Shown here one piece after another: positions 1 to 7,943 of a stretch of DNA of 32,000 nt (position 1 is the first letter of the stretch; the number at the start of each line of letters is the position of its first letter). Under the pieces are notes generated by a model, which ran no database searches, was not told where the DNA came from, and worked only from the letters and a program-made list of their open reading frames with translations. The translations under genes were made by a program, and so were the position numbers. Location of the stretch: NCBI RefSeq assembly GCF_000284115.1, contig NC_017080.1, positions 2,430,001 to 2,462,000 on the forward strand, written 5' to 3'. Origin of the DNA: Phycisphaera mikurensis NBRC 102666 (lineage in GTDB: Bacteria > Planctomycetota > Phycisphaerae > Phycisphaerales > Phycisphaeraceae).

Positions 1-30
1 GGGAGAGGAGCTTCATGGCGAGACTGCGGG

Positions 31-51
31 CGGGGAGCGGGGAGCGGGGAG
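31..51 (+). repeat. Tandem heptamer (CGGGGAG)x3 inside a run of seven G-tracts (about 28..68)
   Basis: Read directly: cggggag cggggag cggggag, followed by cgggccgcggggcggggcc. It lies in intergenic DNA downstream of the 113..1021 gene. Confidence 0.8.
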
Positions 52-112
52 CGGGCCGCGGGGCGGGGCCGGCGGAGGATTCGACGCGACGTGACCGTAG
101 CGCCGCGCCGCC

Positions 113-1021
113 TCAGCGCGGCGGCGAGCGCACGCCGAGGAGCGGCAGGGCGCGACGCTCGCCGTCGAGGGTGTACGCCACGACGCCCGCGGTCCAGGGC
201 GGGCTCGGGTGCGCCACCCCGGCGTGGCGGGTGCGGGGCGTGACCGCGGCCGTCACCCGGTGACCGCCCTGGCCATCGGGCTCCGCCGCCGGCACGCCCT
301 CGATCACGCGGAGCGAAGCGTGATCCCCGAGAGGCTCCGCCGACTCCCGCGGGAGCGGGAAGAACCCCACCGCGGTCGCCGCCGCGGGCACGCCCGCGAG
401 CGGGAAAGCCCACGTGCCGGGTTCCACCTCTTCGGCCTCGACGATCCGGGGCGCGTCGTACGCGGCCCGGAGCGCTTGCTCGGCGGGCGTCGCGGAGCGC
501 TGCCACGGCTCGCCGATCACCACCTCCACGCCCAACGCCGCCGACCCGGGCACGCAGCGTTGGTCGTCGCAGGCCAGGTAGCGGACCTCCACCTCCGCCG
601 TCGCCTCGTCGCCGACGGCAAGAGAAGGCGCGATCGGGAACTCGGCGAGCATCACCACCTCGTCCGCGTAGCCGAAGCCGACGACGCCGCCCGACTCGAA
701 CCGCTCCGGCGGCGGCATCACCGGGTCCCGCGTTGGCGCCTGCCGGCTCCAGGCCGCCGGCAGGTCGACGTCCAGCCGCGTCGGCATCCCGGCCTCGCCG
801 GGGTTCAGCCAGTAGACGTGCACCCCGTCGGGCAGCGTGAAACGCACCGGCAGCCGGCTCCACCCGCTGCCCGTGCTCAGCGTCACCGGCTCCTCCGCCG
901 CCGGCGTCACGACGACGCCGAGCGCCCCCGGCTCGCCCGCGCCGACCGGTGCGGCCACCGCGGATCCCGCCCGGAGCACCAAGCCGAACGCGAGGCCGAG
1001 GCCGGGGCCGATGAGCTTCAT
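113..1021 (-). CDS. Secreted DsbD N-terminal (DsbD-alpha)-like domain protein
   Basis: Internal ATG at 1021 of ORF 113..1747. The N-terminus MKLIGPGLGLAFGLVLRAGSAVAAP is signal-peptide-like. Motifs VHVYWLNPGEAGMPT and RYLACDDQRCVP are typical of the DsbD N-terminal domain family. The upstream part of the track ORF is Arg-rich shadow sequence overlapping ddl. Confidence 0.7.
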   Translation of the reverse strand: MKLIGPGLGLAFGLVLRAGSAVAAPVGAGEPGALGVVVTPAAEEPVTLSTGSGWSRLPVRFTLPDGVHVYWLNPGEAGMPTRLDVDLPAAWSRQAPTRDPVMPPPERFESGGVVGFGYADEVVMLAEFPIAPSLAVGDEATAEVEVRYLACDDQRCVPGSAALGVEVVIGEPWQRSATPAEQALRAAYDAPRIVEAEEVEPGTWAFPLAGVPAAATAVGFFPLPRESAEPLGDHASLRVIEGVPAAEPDGQGGHRVTAAVTPRTRHAGVAHPSPPWTAGVVAYTLDGERRALPLLGVRSPPR

Positions 1022-1131
1022 GTCCGAGCCTACGAGCCGCGGACCGCGGGCGATGTAGCGCCGGAACGCCGACGGTCCGCGGATCCGGCGGGCCCGGCCG
1101 CGGGCCGCGGGCGGCCACGGGCGTGGCGCCG

Positions 1132-2064
1132 TCAGCGGCGGGCGGCCGCGGCCTCCACGAGGCTCCGCACGAGGTCGGGCATCGCAAGGCCGGCTTCGGC
1201 GGCGGCCTTGGGCAGCAGCGAGTGCTCGGTGAAGCCGGGCATGGTGTTGATCTCCAGCACCCAAGGCACGCCGGCGGCGTCGAGCATCACGTCGACGCGG
1301 GCGAGGTCGCGAACGCCCAGCGCGACGCACCCCGCCTCGGCCGCTTCGCGCACGGCGGCGGCGACCGCCTCCGGCTCCTCCAGGTCGAAGGCGTAGGCGG
1401 TGTCGTCGCGGTCGTACTTGGCGGCGTAGTCGTAGTGGCCGGTCGCCGGGCGGATCCAGATCGTCGGGAGCGTCCGGCCGAGCAGCCAGCCGACGGTGAG
1501 CTCCTTGCCGGCGACGAAGCGCTCGCAGAGCAGCCGGGGGTTGCCCCGCTTCAGCCGGGCGTGCGCAGCGCGGAGCTGCTCGGCCGTCGTGCAGATCGCC
1601 AGGTCGATGCTCGAGCCGTCGGCCTCGGGCTTGAGCACGGCGGGCGGCGACAGGGTCGGCTCGGCTCCGCCGAGCAGCAGCTCGTGGGGCGGCGTGGGCA
1701 CGCCGGCGCGGACCAGCCGCTCCTTGGTCGCGGCTTTGTGCATGCACCGCTCCGCGGCGACGCGGTCGCAGCCGACGAAGACGGCGCCCCGGCTCTCGAG
1801 CAGCCGCTGCGCCCCGCCCCCCTCGCCCCAGGGCCCGTGCAGGATGGGGAGCACGACGCCGCCGGGGTGGGCGGCGAGGAATCCGTCGAGACCGGCGGTG
1901 TCGTCGGGGCCGAGGTCGCAGGTGGTGACGCCGAAGCCCGCGGCCTGGGCCGCCTCCGCGACGACCGCACCGGAGCGGAGCGACACCTCCCGCTCGCGGT
2001 CCGGCCCGCCGGAGATCACCAGGACGGCAGGCGAGGCTTCCACCCCGCCGAGCGTATGCGGCAC
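1132..2064 (-). CDS. ddl: D-alanine--D-alanine ligase
   Basis: 310-aa ORF with the ATP-grasp Ddl pattern: VLVISGGPDREREVSLRSG, LPILHGPWGEGGGAQRLLE, LKPEADGSSIDLAI, ARVDVMLD...VLEINTMPGFTEHSLLPKAA. GTG start at 2064; the exact start is uncertain. Confidence 0.9.
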   Translation of the reverse strand: MPHTLGGVEASPAVLVISGGPDREREVSLRSGAVVAEAAQAAGFGVTTCDLGPDDTAGLDGFLAAHPGGVVLPILHGPWGEGGGAQRLLESRGAVFVGCDRVAAERCMHKAATKERLVRAGVPTPPHELLLGGAEPTLSPPAVLKPEADGSSIDLAICTTAEQLRAAHARLKRGNPRLLCERFVAGKELTVGWLLGRTLPTIWIRPATGHYDYAAKYDRDDTAYAFDLEEPEAVAAAVREAAEAGCVALGVRDLARVDVMLDAAGVPWVLEINTMPGFTEHSLLPKAAAEAGLAMPDLVRSLVEAAAARR

Positions 2065-2098
2065 CCCGGGCGGGCGTCGGACCGCCCGTCGCAGGCGC

Positions 2099-2851
2099 CT
2101 ACGCGGCGGTGATCGCGCGGGTGATCGGGTTGAGCAGGTCCGGCACCAGGCGCTCGCTGCACAGCGTGTCGCACGTCGCGGCGAGCTCGCTGTACCAGTG
2201 GCTGAGCTCCTCGAGCGACTCGATCGGCCCGTAGCGGCGCACCGTCAGGAACAGCGAGATGGGCTCGCCGTTGCGGCTGGCCTTGCCGCGCCGGCTGCGC
2301 GGCCGGGTCTTCACCTCGTAGTAGGCCTGCGTCTCGCCGCCCTCGGAGAGCGACAGGCCGAAGACCGGCTGCACGTCGAGGACCTTGGCGGCGTGCTCGC
2401 CGCCGCCGAGCTTGACGAGGTTGCCCAGCTTCGAGTCCGCCAGGAGCGCCTCGAAGACCACCTCGTCGTGGTCCTGCTCGCACTCGAGGTCGAAGCCGAA
2501 CAGCACCTCCAGGTAGTCCACGTCCAGCGCGGAGAGCGTCAGGTGGAAAGGCGCGATCTCGAGCATCAGCTTGTGGAACTCGGCCGACGCCTCGAGGCTC
2601 TCGGGGTTCACGTGCCCGGTGCGGAGGCCGTGCTGGCGGAGGGCCAGCCAGCGGTATTCCTGCTCGGCCCGGGACGATTCGAGCGCCAGCTCGCCGTCGT
2701 AGCGGCGGAAGCGGTTCATCGTCGGCAGGCTCTTGCTCACCCGGTCGAAGAAGTGGAGCACCGTCTCACGCTCCGAGGGCATGTCCATCTTCACCGCGAG
2801 CTTGGTGTTCACGTAGAAGTCGGTGCACAGAGCGCCGTAGCTGGTCGCCAT
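2099..2851 (-). CDS. Conserved hypothetical protein (no family recognised)
   Basis: 250-aa ORF with an ATG start and an AAGGA-like RBS upstream. Amino-acid composition is balanced (not Arg/Pro shadow) and third codon positions are strongly G/C. It sits 34 nt upstream of ddl on the same strand. Confidence 0.75.
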   Translation of the reverse strand: MATSYGALCTDFYVNTKLAVKMDMPSERETVLHFFDRVSKSLPTMNRFRRYDGELALESSRAEQEYRWLALRQHGLRTGHVNPESLEASAEFHKLMLEIAPFHLTLSALDVDYLEVLFGFDLECEQDHDEVVFEALLADSKLGNLVKLGGGEHAAKVLDVQPVFGLSLSEGGETQAYYEVKTRPRSRRGKASRNGEPISLFLTVRRYGPIESLEELSHWYSELAATCDTLCSERLVPDLLNPITRAITAA

Positions 2852-2983
2852 CGAGGAAAGTCCTTGCGTTGAATCATTCGGGAGCTCCGGCCCGCCGCGG
2901 CCGCGGCGGCTCCGGCCCGGAAGCGGCGGAGTATAGAAGCCGCGGGCGGAGCCTCCCGCCCGGCAGCCGCCTACGCTCGCGGG

Positions 2984-3136
2984 ATGGACCGCGAAGGCAC
3001 CACCGAAAGCACCACCATCCGCGACAGCGACCGGGCCACCGAGGGCGGCCCCCCCGGCTGGCTGGCCTTCGTCATCGTCGCCGTGCTCTTCCTCATCGGC
3101 GCGATCGCCGTCGCGGCGATCTCCATCTTGACCTGA
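2984..3136 (+). CDS. Small 50-aa tail-anchored membrane protein (below the ORF-track size cut-off)
   Basis: My translation is MDREGTTESTTIRDSDRATEGGPPGWLAFVIVAVLFLIGAIAVAAISILT*. Nearly every codon ends in G/C, as in genuine genes here. The N-terminus is polar and is followed by one clear C-terminal TM helix. Confidence 0.45.
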   Translation: MDREGTTESTTIRDSDRATEGGPPGWLAFVIVAVLFLIGAIAVAAISILT

Positions 3137-3139
3137 CGA

Positions 3140-4024
3140 TCAAGTCGCTTCCGGGAGCGCACGCAGAACCCCGACGCCGGGCCCGAGGCCGCAGACGGCG
3201 ATGCCGGCCTCGTCGGCGGCGGCGAGGACCGCTTTGCGATCGACCAGGATGACGCCGCCGGCGTCGAGCACGAGGCAGACCGCGCCGGCCGCTCGGAGGT
3301 TCGCGATCGTCTCCAGCCCCACGGTGGGCACGTCGAAGCGCGGGTCCTTCGCGGGCCCTGCGCCCTTGCAGAGCGTCCAGCCCTTGCCGCGAGCGAGCTC
3401 GCCGGCACGCCGGATCATGGCGTCGGTGCCCTCCGCCGCCTCGACCGCGAGCACGTCGCGTCCGCGGACCGCGATCGCCTGGCCGACCTCCAGCTCGTTC
3501 ATCCGTTCGAGGACGGACCACGCCAGCTCGGCGTCCCGCAGCACGCCCGCGGCCGGGCGGCTGCGGGTCATCCACCCGGCGCGGGCGAGGTGGTCGGCGA
3601 CCGGGGTGGTGGAGTCGATCAAGGTGATGCCCGCCGCGGCGAGCTCGTCGGCGAGGTGACCCAGCAGCGCCTGGCTGCGGCGGTCGTGCCGCGTGCGGAG
3701 CAGCCAGACCCGCGCGGCCCGCCAGTCGGGCAGGTGCCCGAGGATCCCCCGCACATCGTACTGCACCCCCTTGCCCACGCGGCCCACCATGATTGCCTCG
3801 GCCGCGCCCCGGCGACGCAGCGCGCGCGCCCAGCCGCCGGGGCGGAGCATCGAGACCGGGACCACCTCTTCGCAGATCTTGGCGAGCGAGCCGTCGGCGC
3901 ACCCGCTCAGGGAAACCGCGACGACCCGCCGGCCGGCGGCGACGAGGCCCTCGGCCACGAGGACCGGGAGGCGGCCCTCGCCGGCGATGAGTCCGATGGG
4001 GGCGAGGGCGGCCGCTTCGATCAC
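3140..4024 (-). CDS. lpxI: UDP-2,3-diacylglucosamine pyrophosphatase LpxI (DUF1009 family)
   Basis: Contains PIGLIAGEGRLPVLVAEG at the N-terminus and VGQAIAVRGRDVLAVEAAEGTDAMIRRAG in the C-terminal domain, both characteristic of LpxI. GTG start. Confidence 0.85.
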   Translation of the reverse strand: MIEAAALAPIGLIAGEGRLPVLVAEGLVAAGRRVVAVSLSGCADGSLAKICEEVVPVSMLRPGGWARALRRRGAAEAIMVGRVGKGVQYDVRGILGHLPDWRAARVWLLRTRHDRRSQALLGHLADELAAAGITLIDSTTPVADHLARAGWMTRSRPAAGVLRDAELAWSVLERMNELEVGQAIAVRGRDVLAVEAAEGTDAMIRRAGELARGKGWTLCKGAGPAKDPRFDVPTVGLETIANLRAAGAVCLVLDAGGVILVDRKAVLAAADEAGIAVCGLGPGVGVLRALPEAT

Positions 4025-4076
4025 CCGCGGACCGTACCGCCGCGGACCCGGAATCCGCCGCGGTCCGCGGCGTCCC

Positions 4077-5063
4077 TCAGAACCGGAGGGGGAAGCCCTC
4101 GTCGCGCCACTTCTGAACGAGCAGGCGGCCCTCGTCGGCGGCGGCGGCGATCCGCTCGGCGGCGCCCGCCCAGTTGTCGAAGAAGGCGGGGTCGTTCAGC
4201 AGCAGCGCGACGGTGCCGTCGCCTTCGGTGGCCTCCCGCATGGCGGCCTGGGCCTGGTCGAGCGTGGCGATCGCCTCCTCGGCGGTGGCGAGGTAGCGGC
4301 TCGTGAGCGCGGCGACCTTCTCGCCCGCGCCCTCGGCGACCGTGCGGGCCTCGGCGGCGGCGGCCCGGGCGTCCTGGGTCGTGGCCTGGGCGTTCTCCAG
4401 GGTCTTGCGGACCAGCGCCCGCAGCTCCGGGTCGCCGGTGTAGCCGCGGACGTCGGCGATGACCGCTTCGGCGCCGGCGAGCCGCTGGTTGAGCCCGCGG
4501 ACGACCTCGACGATCGACGTCTCCTCGGTGCCGTCGCCCCCGAGCACGCCGGAGACCTGCTCGCCCACGCCCGCCCACGTGTCGGAGAGCTCGTCGACGC
4601 TGGAGGTGAGGCCGTCCAGGGAGCGGAATGCGGCGGCGAGGGAGCCCAGCCGGCCCTCGAGCACGGCCGAGCCGTCGTCGGCGAGCAGAGCCGTCGGCCG
4701 GTCCTGCGCGTCGGCGGGGGCAACCAGCCGCAGCGTCGAGACGCCGCCGAGCAGGTCGGTGTCCACCTCGGCGACGGTGCCCTCGGGGATGCGGATGCCC
4801 TCCTGGATCCGGGCGGTCACGACGACCGGCCCGCCGGGCACGCCGGCGAACCCGACGCTCTCGACCTTGCCGATCCCGATGCCGGAAATCGTCACCGGGC
4901 TGCCCGAGCCCAGCGACAGCGCGTCGTCGAGCTCGGCGGCGAGCGTGTAGCCGCCCCGCAGGAAGGACGGCGTGTAGCCGAAGAGGAAGAGCGTCGCGCA
5001 CAGGCCGATGAGGCCCAGGAGGCAGGTCGCGCCGACGATCACGTTCTGGCGGGTGTCGGTCAT
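4077..5063 (-). CDS. mlaD: MlaD/MCE-domain protein (ABC lipid-transport substrate-binding component)
   Basis: It has an N-terminal TM helix (VIVGATCLLGLIGLCATLFLFG) and an MCE core (GSPVTISGIGIGKVESV...TARIQEGIRIPEGTVAEV). A long Ala/Glu-rich helical C-terminal extension follows. Confidence 0.85.
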   Translation of the reverse strand: MTDTRQNVIVGATCLLGLIGLCATLFLFGYTPSFLRGGYTLAAELDDALSLGSGSPVTISGIGIGKVESVGFAGVPGGPVVVTARIQEGIRIPEGTVAEVDTDLLGGVSTLRLVAPADAQDRPTALLADDGSAVLEGRLGSLAAAFRSLDGLTSSVDELSDTWAGVGEQVSGVLGGDGTEETSIVEVVRGLNQRLAGAEAVIADVRGYTGDPELRALVRKTLENAQATTQDARAAAAEARTVAEGAGEKVAALTSRYLATAEEAIATLDQAQAAMREATEGDGTVALLLNDPAFFDNWAGAAERIAAAADEGRLLVQKWRDEGFPLRF

Positions 5064-5094
5064 CAGGAAAGAAGCTAGGCCGCGCCCGCCCGTC

Positions 5095-5943
5095 CTACCG
5101 GTCGGCTCCGTGGGGGTCTCCCGCCGGCGGCGCCAACGCCCCCTCCCGCCGAGCCCGGGCGTCGCCGAGCTCGAAGCCGTGGCGGATCGCCTCGAGGTCG
5201 TCGTCGCCGGCCCGGCCCTGGATGAAGTGCTGCACGTCGTCGTCGGCGCTGGCGAGGAAGGCCGCGGGTTCGTCGTCGGCGACGATCCGCCCCGCCGCCA
5301 GCAGGACCATGCGGTCGGCGATGCGCCGCGCCGACTGCATGTCGTGGGTCACGGCGATGCCGGTGATCTGCCGGTGGTCGCGGAGGGCGTTGATGAGCTC
5401 GTTGATCACGTCCGCTCGGATGGGATCCAGCCCGGTCGTCGGCTCGTCGTACAGCACGAGGTCCGGGTCGAGCGCGACCGCCCGGGCGAGGGCGACACGC
5501 TTCTTCTGCCCCCCGGAGAGCTCCCCGGGCATCTTCGCCCCCACGCCCGGCAGGCCGACCTGGGCCAGCAGCAGCTCCGCCTTGTCGGCCCGCTGCGCCG
5601 GGGTGTACCCGCCGTGTTCGAGCATCGGGAAGGCGACGTTGTCGGCGGCGGACATCGAGTCGAACAGCGCCCCCATCTGGAAGAGGAAGCCGATCCGCGA
5701 CCGCACCGGCACCAGCTCCCGCTCGCTGAGCGTGTCGATCCGCCGCCCGTCGAACCACACCTCGCCGGCGTCGGGGCAGAGCAGCCCCATCACGTGCTTG
5801 AGCATCACGCTCTTGCCCGTGCCCGAGGGGCCGAGCACGACCGTCGTCTTGCCCCTCTCGAAGCTCAGCGAGAGGTCGTGGAGCACCACCTGCGACCCGA
5901 AGGCCTTGCTCACGTTCTTCAGCTCGACGAGGGGCAGGTCCAC
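5095..5943 (-). CDS. mlaF: MlaF-like ABC transporter ATP-binding protein
   Basis: Walker A GPSGTGKS, signature LSGGQKKRVALARA, Walker B LVLYDEPTTGLD and H-loop VTHD. GTG start. Lies immediately upstream of mlaD. Confidence 0.9.
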   Translation of the reverse strand: MDLPLVELKNVSKAFGSQVVLHDLSLSFERGKTTVVLGPSGTGKSVMLKHVMGLLCPDAGEVWFDGRRIDTLSERELVPVRSRIGFLFQMGALFDSMSAADNVAFPMLEHGGYTPAQRADKAELLLAQVGLPGVGAKMPGELSGGQKKRVALARAVALDPDLVLYDEPTTGLDPIRADVINELINALRDHRQITGIAVTHDMQSARRIADRMVLLAAGRIVADDEPAAFLASADDDVQHFIQGRAGDDDLEAIRHGFELGDARARREGALAPPAGDPHGADR

Positions 5944-6025
5944 CCGGGCAAGCTACGCGGCACGCCGCGCCGGCGGACGCGGGAGCCAGATCCGGCCTCG
6001 GCGCCACGCCCCGCGACGCGCGGGG

Positions 6026-7138
6026 TCAGTCGCCCATGAAGTAGTCCCTCACCGCTCCGACCACCTCGTCCTGCTGCTCGAGGCTCATGTCCGAGTACAT
6101 CGGGATCGAGAGCACCTCGTCCGCCGCACGCTCCGCCGCGGGCAGGCTGCCCTTCTCGTAGCCGAGGTGGGCGTACACCGGCTGGAGGTGCAGCGGCCGC
6201 GGGTAGTAGACGCGGTTGCCGATCTCCTTGGCGTCGAGGTGGTGCCGCAGCGGCTCGCGGCCGCCGCCGCGGACCCGCAGCGTGTAGAGGTTGTACGCGT
6301 GGCGGATGTCCTCGGCGGAGTCGGGCGTCGTGACCGGCATCGACTCCAGCAGCTTCTTGTAGCGCTTCGCGAGCCCGCGCCGCTTGTCGACGAGCTCGGG
6401 CAGCAGCGGGAGCTTCACCGACAGGAAGGCCGCCTGCAGCGGGTCCATGCGGAAGGCCCCGCCGACCTCGTCGACGATGTAGCCGGGCTTGAGGCCGTGG
6501 ACGCGGAGGTTCCGCAGCCGCTCGGCGACCGCGTCGTCGTCGGTGACCACCGCCCCGGCGTCGCCCGCCGCGGCGAGGCTCTTGGTGGGGTAGAAGCTGA
6601 TGACGCCCAGGTCGCCGAGCGAGCCGGCGGGGGCGCCGTGGTAGCTGGCGCCGATGGCCATGTCGGCGTCCTCGACGACCTTGAGCCCGTGGCGCTCGGC
6701 GAGCTCGTTGATGCGTCGCATCGGGCAGGGCAGCCCGTAGAGGTGGACCGCGACGATCGCCTGCGTGCGCGGGGTGATCGCGCCCTCCAGGGCCTCGGGA
6801 TCGAGGTTGAAGGTCCGCGGGTTGATGTCGCAGAAGACCGGCGTGGCCCCCACGCGGGTGATCGCCTCGGCCGTGTGCAGGTACGAAAAGGGGCTGACGA
6901 TCACCTCGTCGCCGGGGCCGAGGTTCAGCGCCATGAAGGCGAGCGCGAGCCCGTCGGTGCCGCTGGAGACGCCGACGGCGTGCTTGACGCCGAGGCTCTG
7001 CGCCAGCTCCCGCTCGAAGCGCTCGACGTAGTGGCCGAGCACGAGCCGGCCGGACTCGATGACGTCGACGAACGCCTCACGCAGCTGGGGCATCAGCTGC
7101 TTGTGCTGCTCGGAGAGGTCGAGGATCGGAACCGACAT
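6026..7138 (-). CDS. DegT/DnrJ/EryC1/StrS-family PLP aminotransferase (sugar aminotransferase)
   Basis: Internal ATG at 7138 (MSVPILDLSEQHKQL...). Family-typical segments include GTDGLALAFMALNLGPGDEVI, FCDINPRTFNLD, SFYPTKSLAAAGDAG and MDPLQAAFL. The track ORF's 113-codon N-terminal extension is shadow sequence. Confidence 0.9.
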   Translation of the reverse strand: MSVPILDLSEQHKQLMPQLREAFVDVIESGRLVLGHYVERFERELAQSLGVKHAVGVSSGTDGLALAFMALNLGPGDEVIVSPFSYLHTAEAITRVGATPVFCDINPRTFNLDPEALEGAITPRTQAIVAVHLYGLPCPMRRINELAERHGLKVVEDADMAIGASYHGAPAGSLGDLGVISFYPTKSLAAAGDAGAVVTDDDAVAERLRNLRVHGLKPGYIVDEVGGAFRMDPLQAAFLSVKLPLLPELVDKRRGLAKRYKKLLESMPVTTPDSAEDIRHAYNLYTLRVRGGGREPLRHHLDAKEIGNRVYYPRPLHLQPVYAHLGYEKGSLPAAERAADEVLSIPMYSDMSLEQQDEVVGAVRDYFMGD

Positions 7139-7277
7139 GGAACTCCGCTTCGCGGCTCGCGCTTCGGTGGGTGCGGGGCGGGGCGTCGGCAGGGCCGCCG
7201 CCGCGCAGGAGCACGAGATCAGCCATCGGACGCTTTCGGGCGTCCCCCGCCGCGTCCGCGAGGGCTTGCGGCCGGTC

Positions 7278-7613
7278 TCAAGCCGCGTCGACGCTGACGA
7301 ACTTCCGCACGCTGCCCAGGTCGGCGAGCTCGCCGGGGCCGGCCACGAAGGTGGCCTCCTCGCCGACGACGCCGTGCACGAGGGCCTTCTTGGGCTCACG
7401 CGACTCCCACACCCGCCAGCGGCCGCCGCGGGGCGAGAACTTGGGGTTGGCGAGGCGGTTGTCCGCCATCTTGGCATTGCGACGCTTGACGTCCGGGTCC
7501 TTGGAGAGGAGGCGGACGAGCGTCTTGGTCGCGGAGGCGTTGGTCGGCGTCGAGGTGACCTTGACGTGGACGCGCTTCCCGGGGGTCAGGTCAGCGGGGG
7601 CGAGATCGGCCAT
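7278..7613 (-). CDS. Hypothetical 111-aa protein
   Basis: Internal ATG at 7613 (MADLAPADLTPGKRVHVKV...). The composition is Lys/Asn/Ser-containing, unlike the upstream shadow part of ORF 7278..7937. Third-position G/C bias is present. No family recognised. Confidence 0.55.
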   Translation of the reverse strand: MADLAPADLTPGKRVHVKVTSTPTNASATKTLVRLLSKDPDVKRRNAKMADNRLANPKFSPRGGRWRVWESREPKKALVHGVVGEEATFVAGPGELADLGSVRKFVSVDAA

Positions 7614-7720
7614 GGCGAAACAGCTTCCGCCCGCATCGGGGCGTGTGGGGGGTTGAACGAACAGCAGCCGGACACCCGGCGCGGCGGGGAGTATGGCCGA
7701 TGCGGGGGCTCGCGTCAAAG

Positions 7721-7754
7721 GGTGGCCCGGGGGGTGGCCCGGGGGTGGCCCGGG
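7721..7754. repeat. Tandem repeat GGTGGCCCGGG(G) x3
   Basis: Read directly: ggtggcccgggg ggtggcccggg ggtggcccggg. It lies in the 330-bp spacer upstream of the 7613 gene start. Confidence 0.85.
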
Positions 7755-7772
7755 CGCCGCGGGATCGCCAAG

Positions 7773-7818
7773 CCGCGGACCGTGACCCTCCGGGGCCCGC
7801 GGAGGCCACGGTCCGCGG
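7773..7818 (-). terminator. Strong GC hairpin (12-bp perfect outer stem plus 6-bp inner stem, 7-nt loop); possible terminator or RNA structure after the lipoprotein gene
   Basis: ccgcggaccgtg (7773..7784) is the exact reverse complement of cacggtccgcgg (7807..7818). The inner pair is cctccg (7787..7792) with cggagg (7800..7805). No U-tract follows on either strand, so terminator function is only inferred. Confidence 0.3.
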
Positions 7819-7943
7819 GCTGGCCCGGCGGGCGGGTCGTCATCCGCGCCGCGGAGCCGTCGAGCCACCCGCCCGGAGCGTTCTGCGCACCGCGCACCGA
7901 CCGCCTCTGCGGGCGGGTCGATCAGGGCACGGCGCACGATGCG

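Noticed and set aside
113-1747. Long N-terminal extensions of track ORFs: 113..1747, 6026..7477, 7278..7937, 7944..8594, 9369..11204, 19625..21745, 20791..21891, 21932..24709, 22969..25446, 29351..30298, 30271..31740 and 13384..13899.
   Set aside because: In each case family homology and normal composition begin at an internal start codon. The upstream part is Arg/Pro-rich and usually overlaps the neighbouring real gene.
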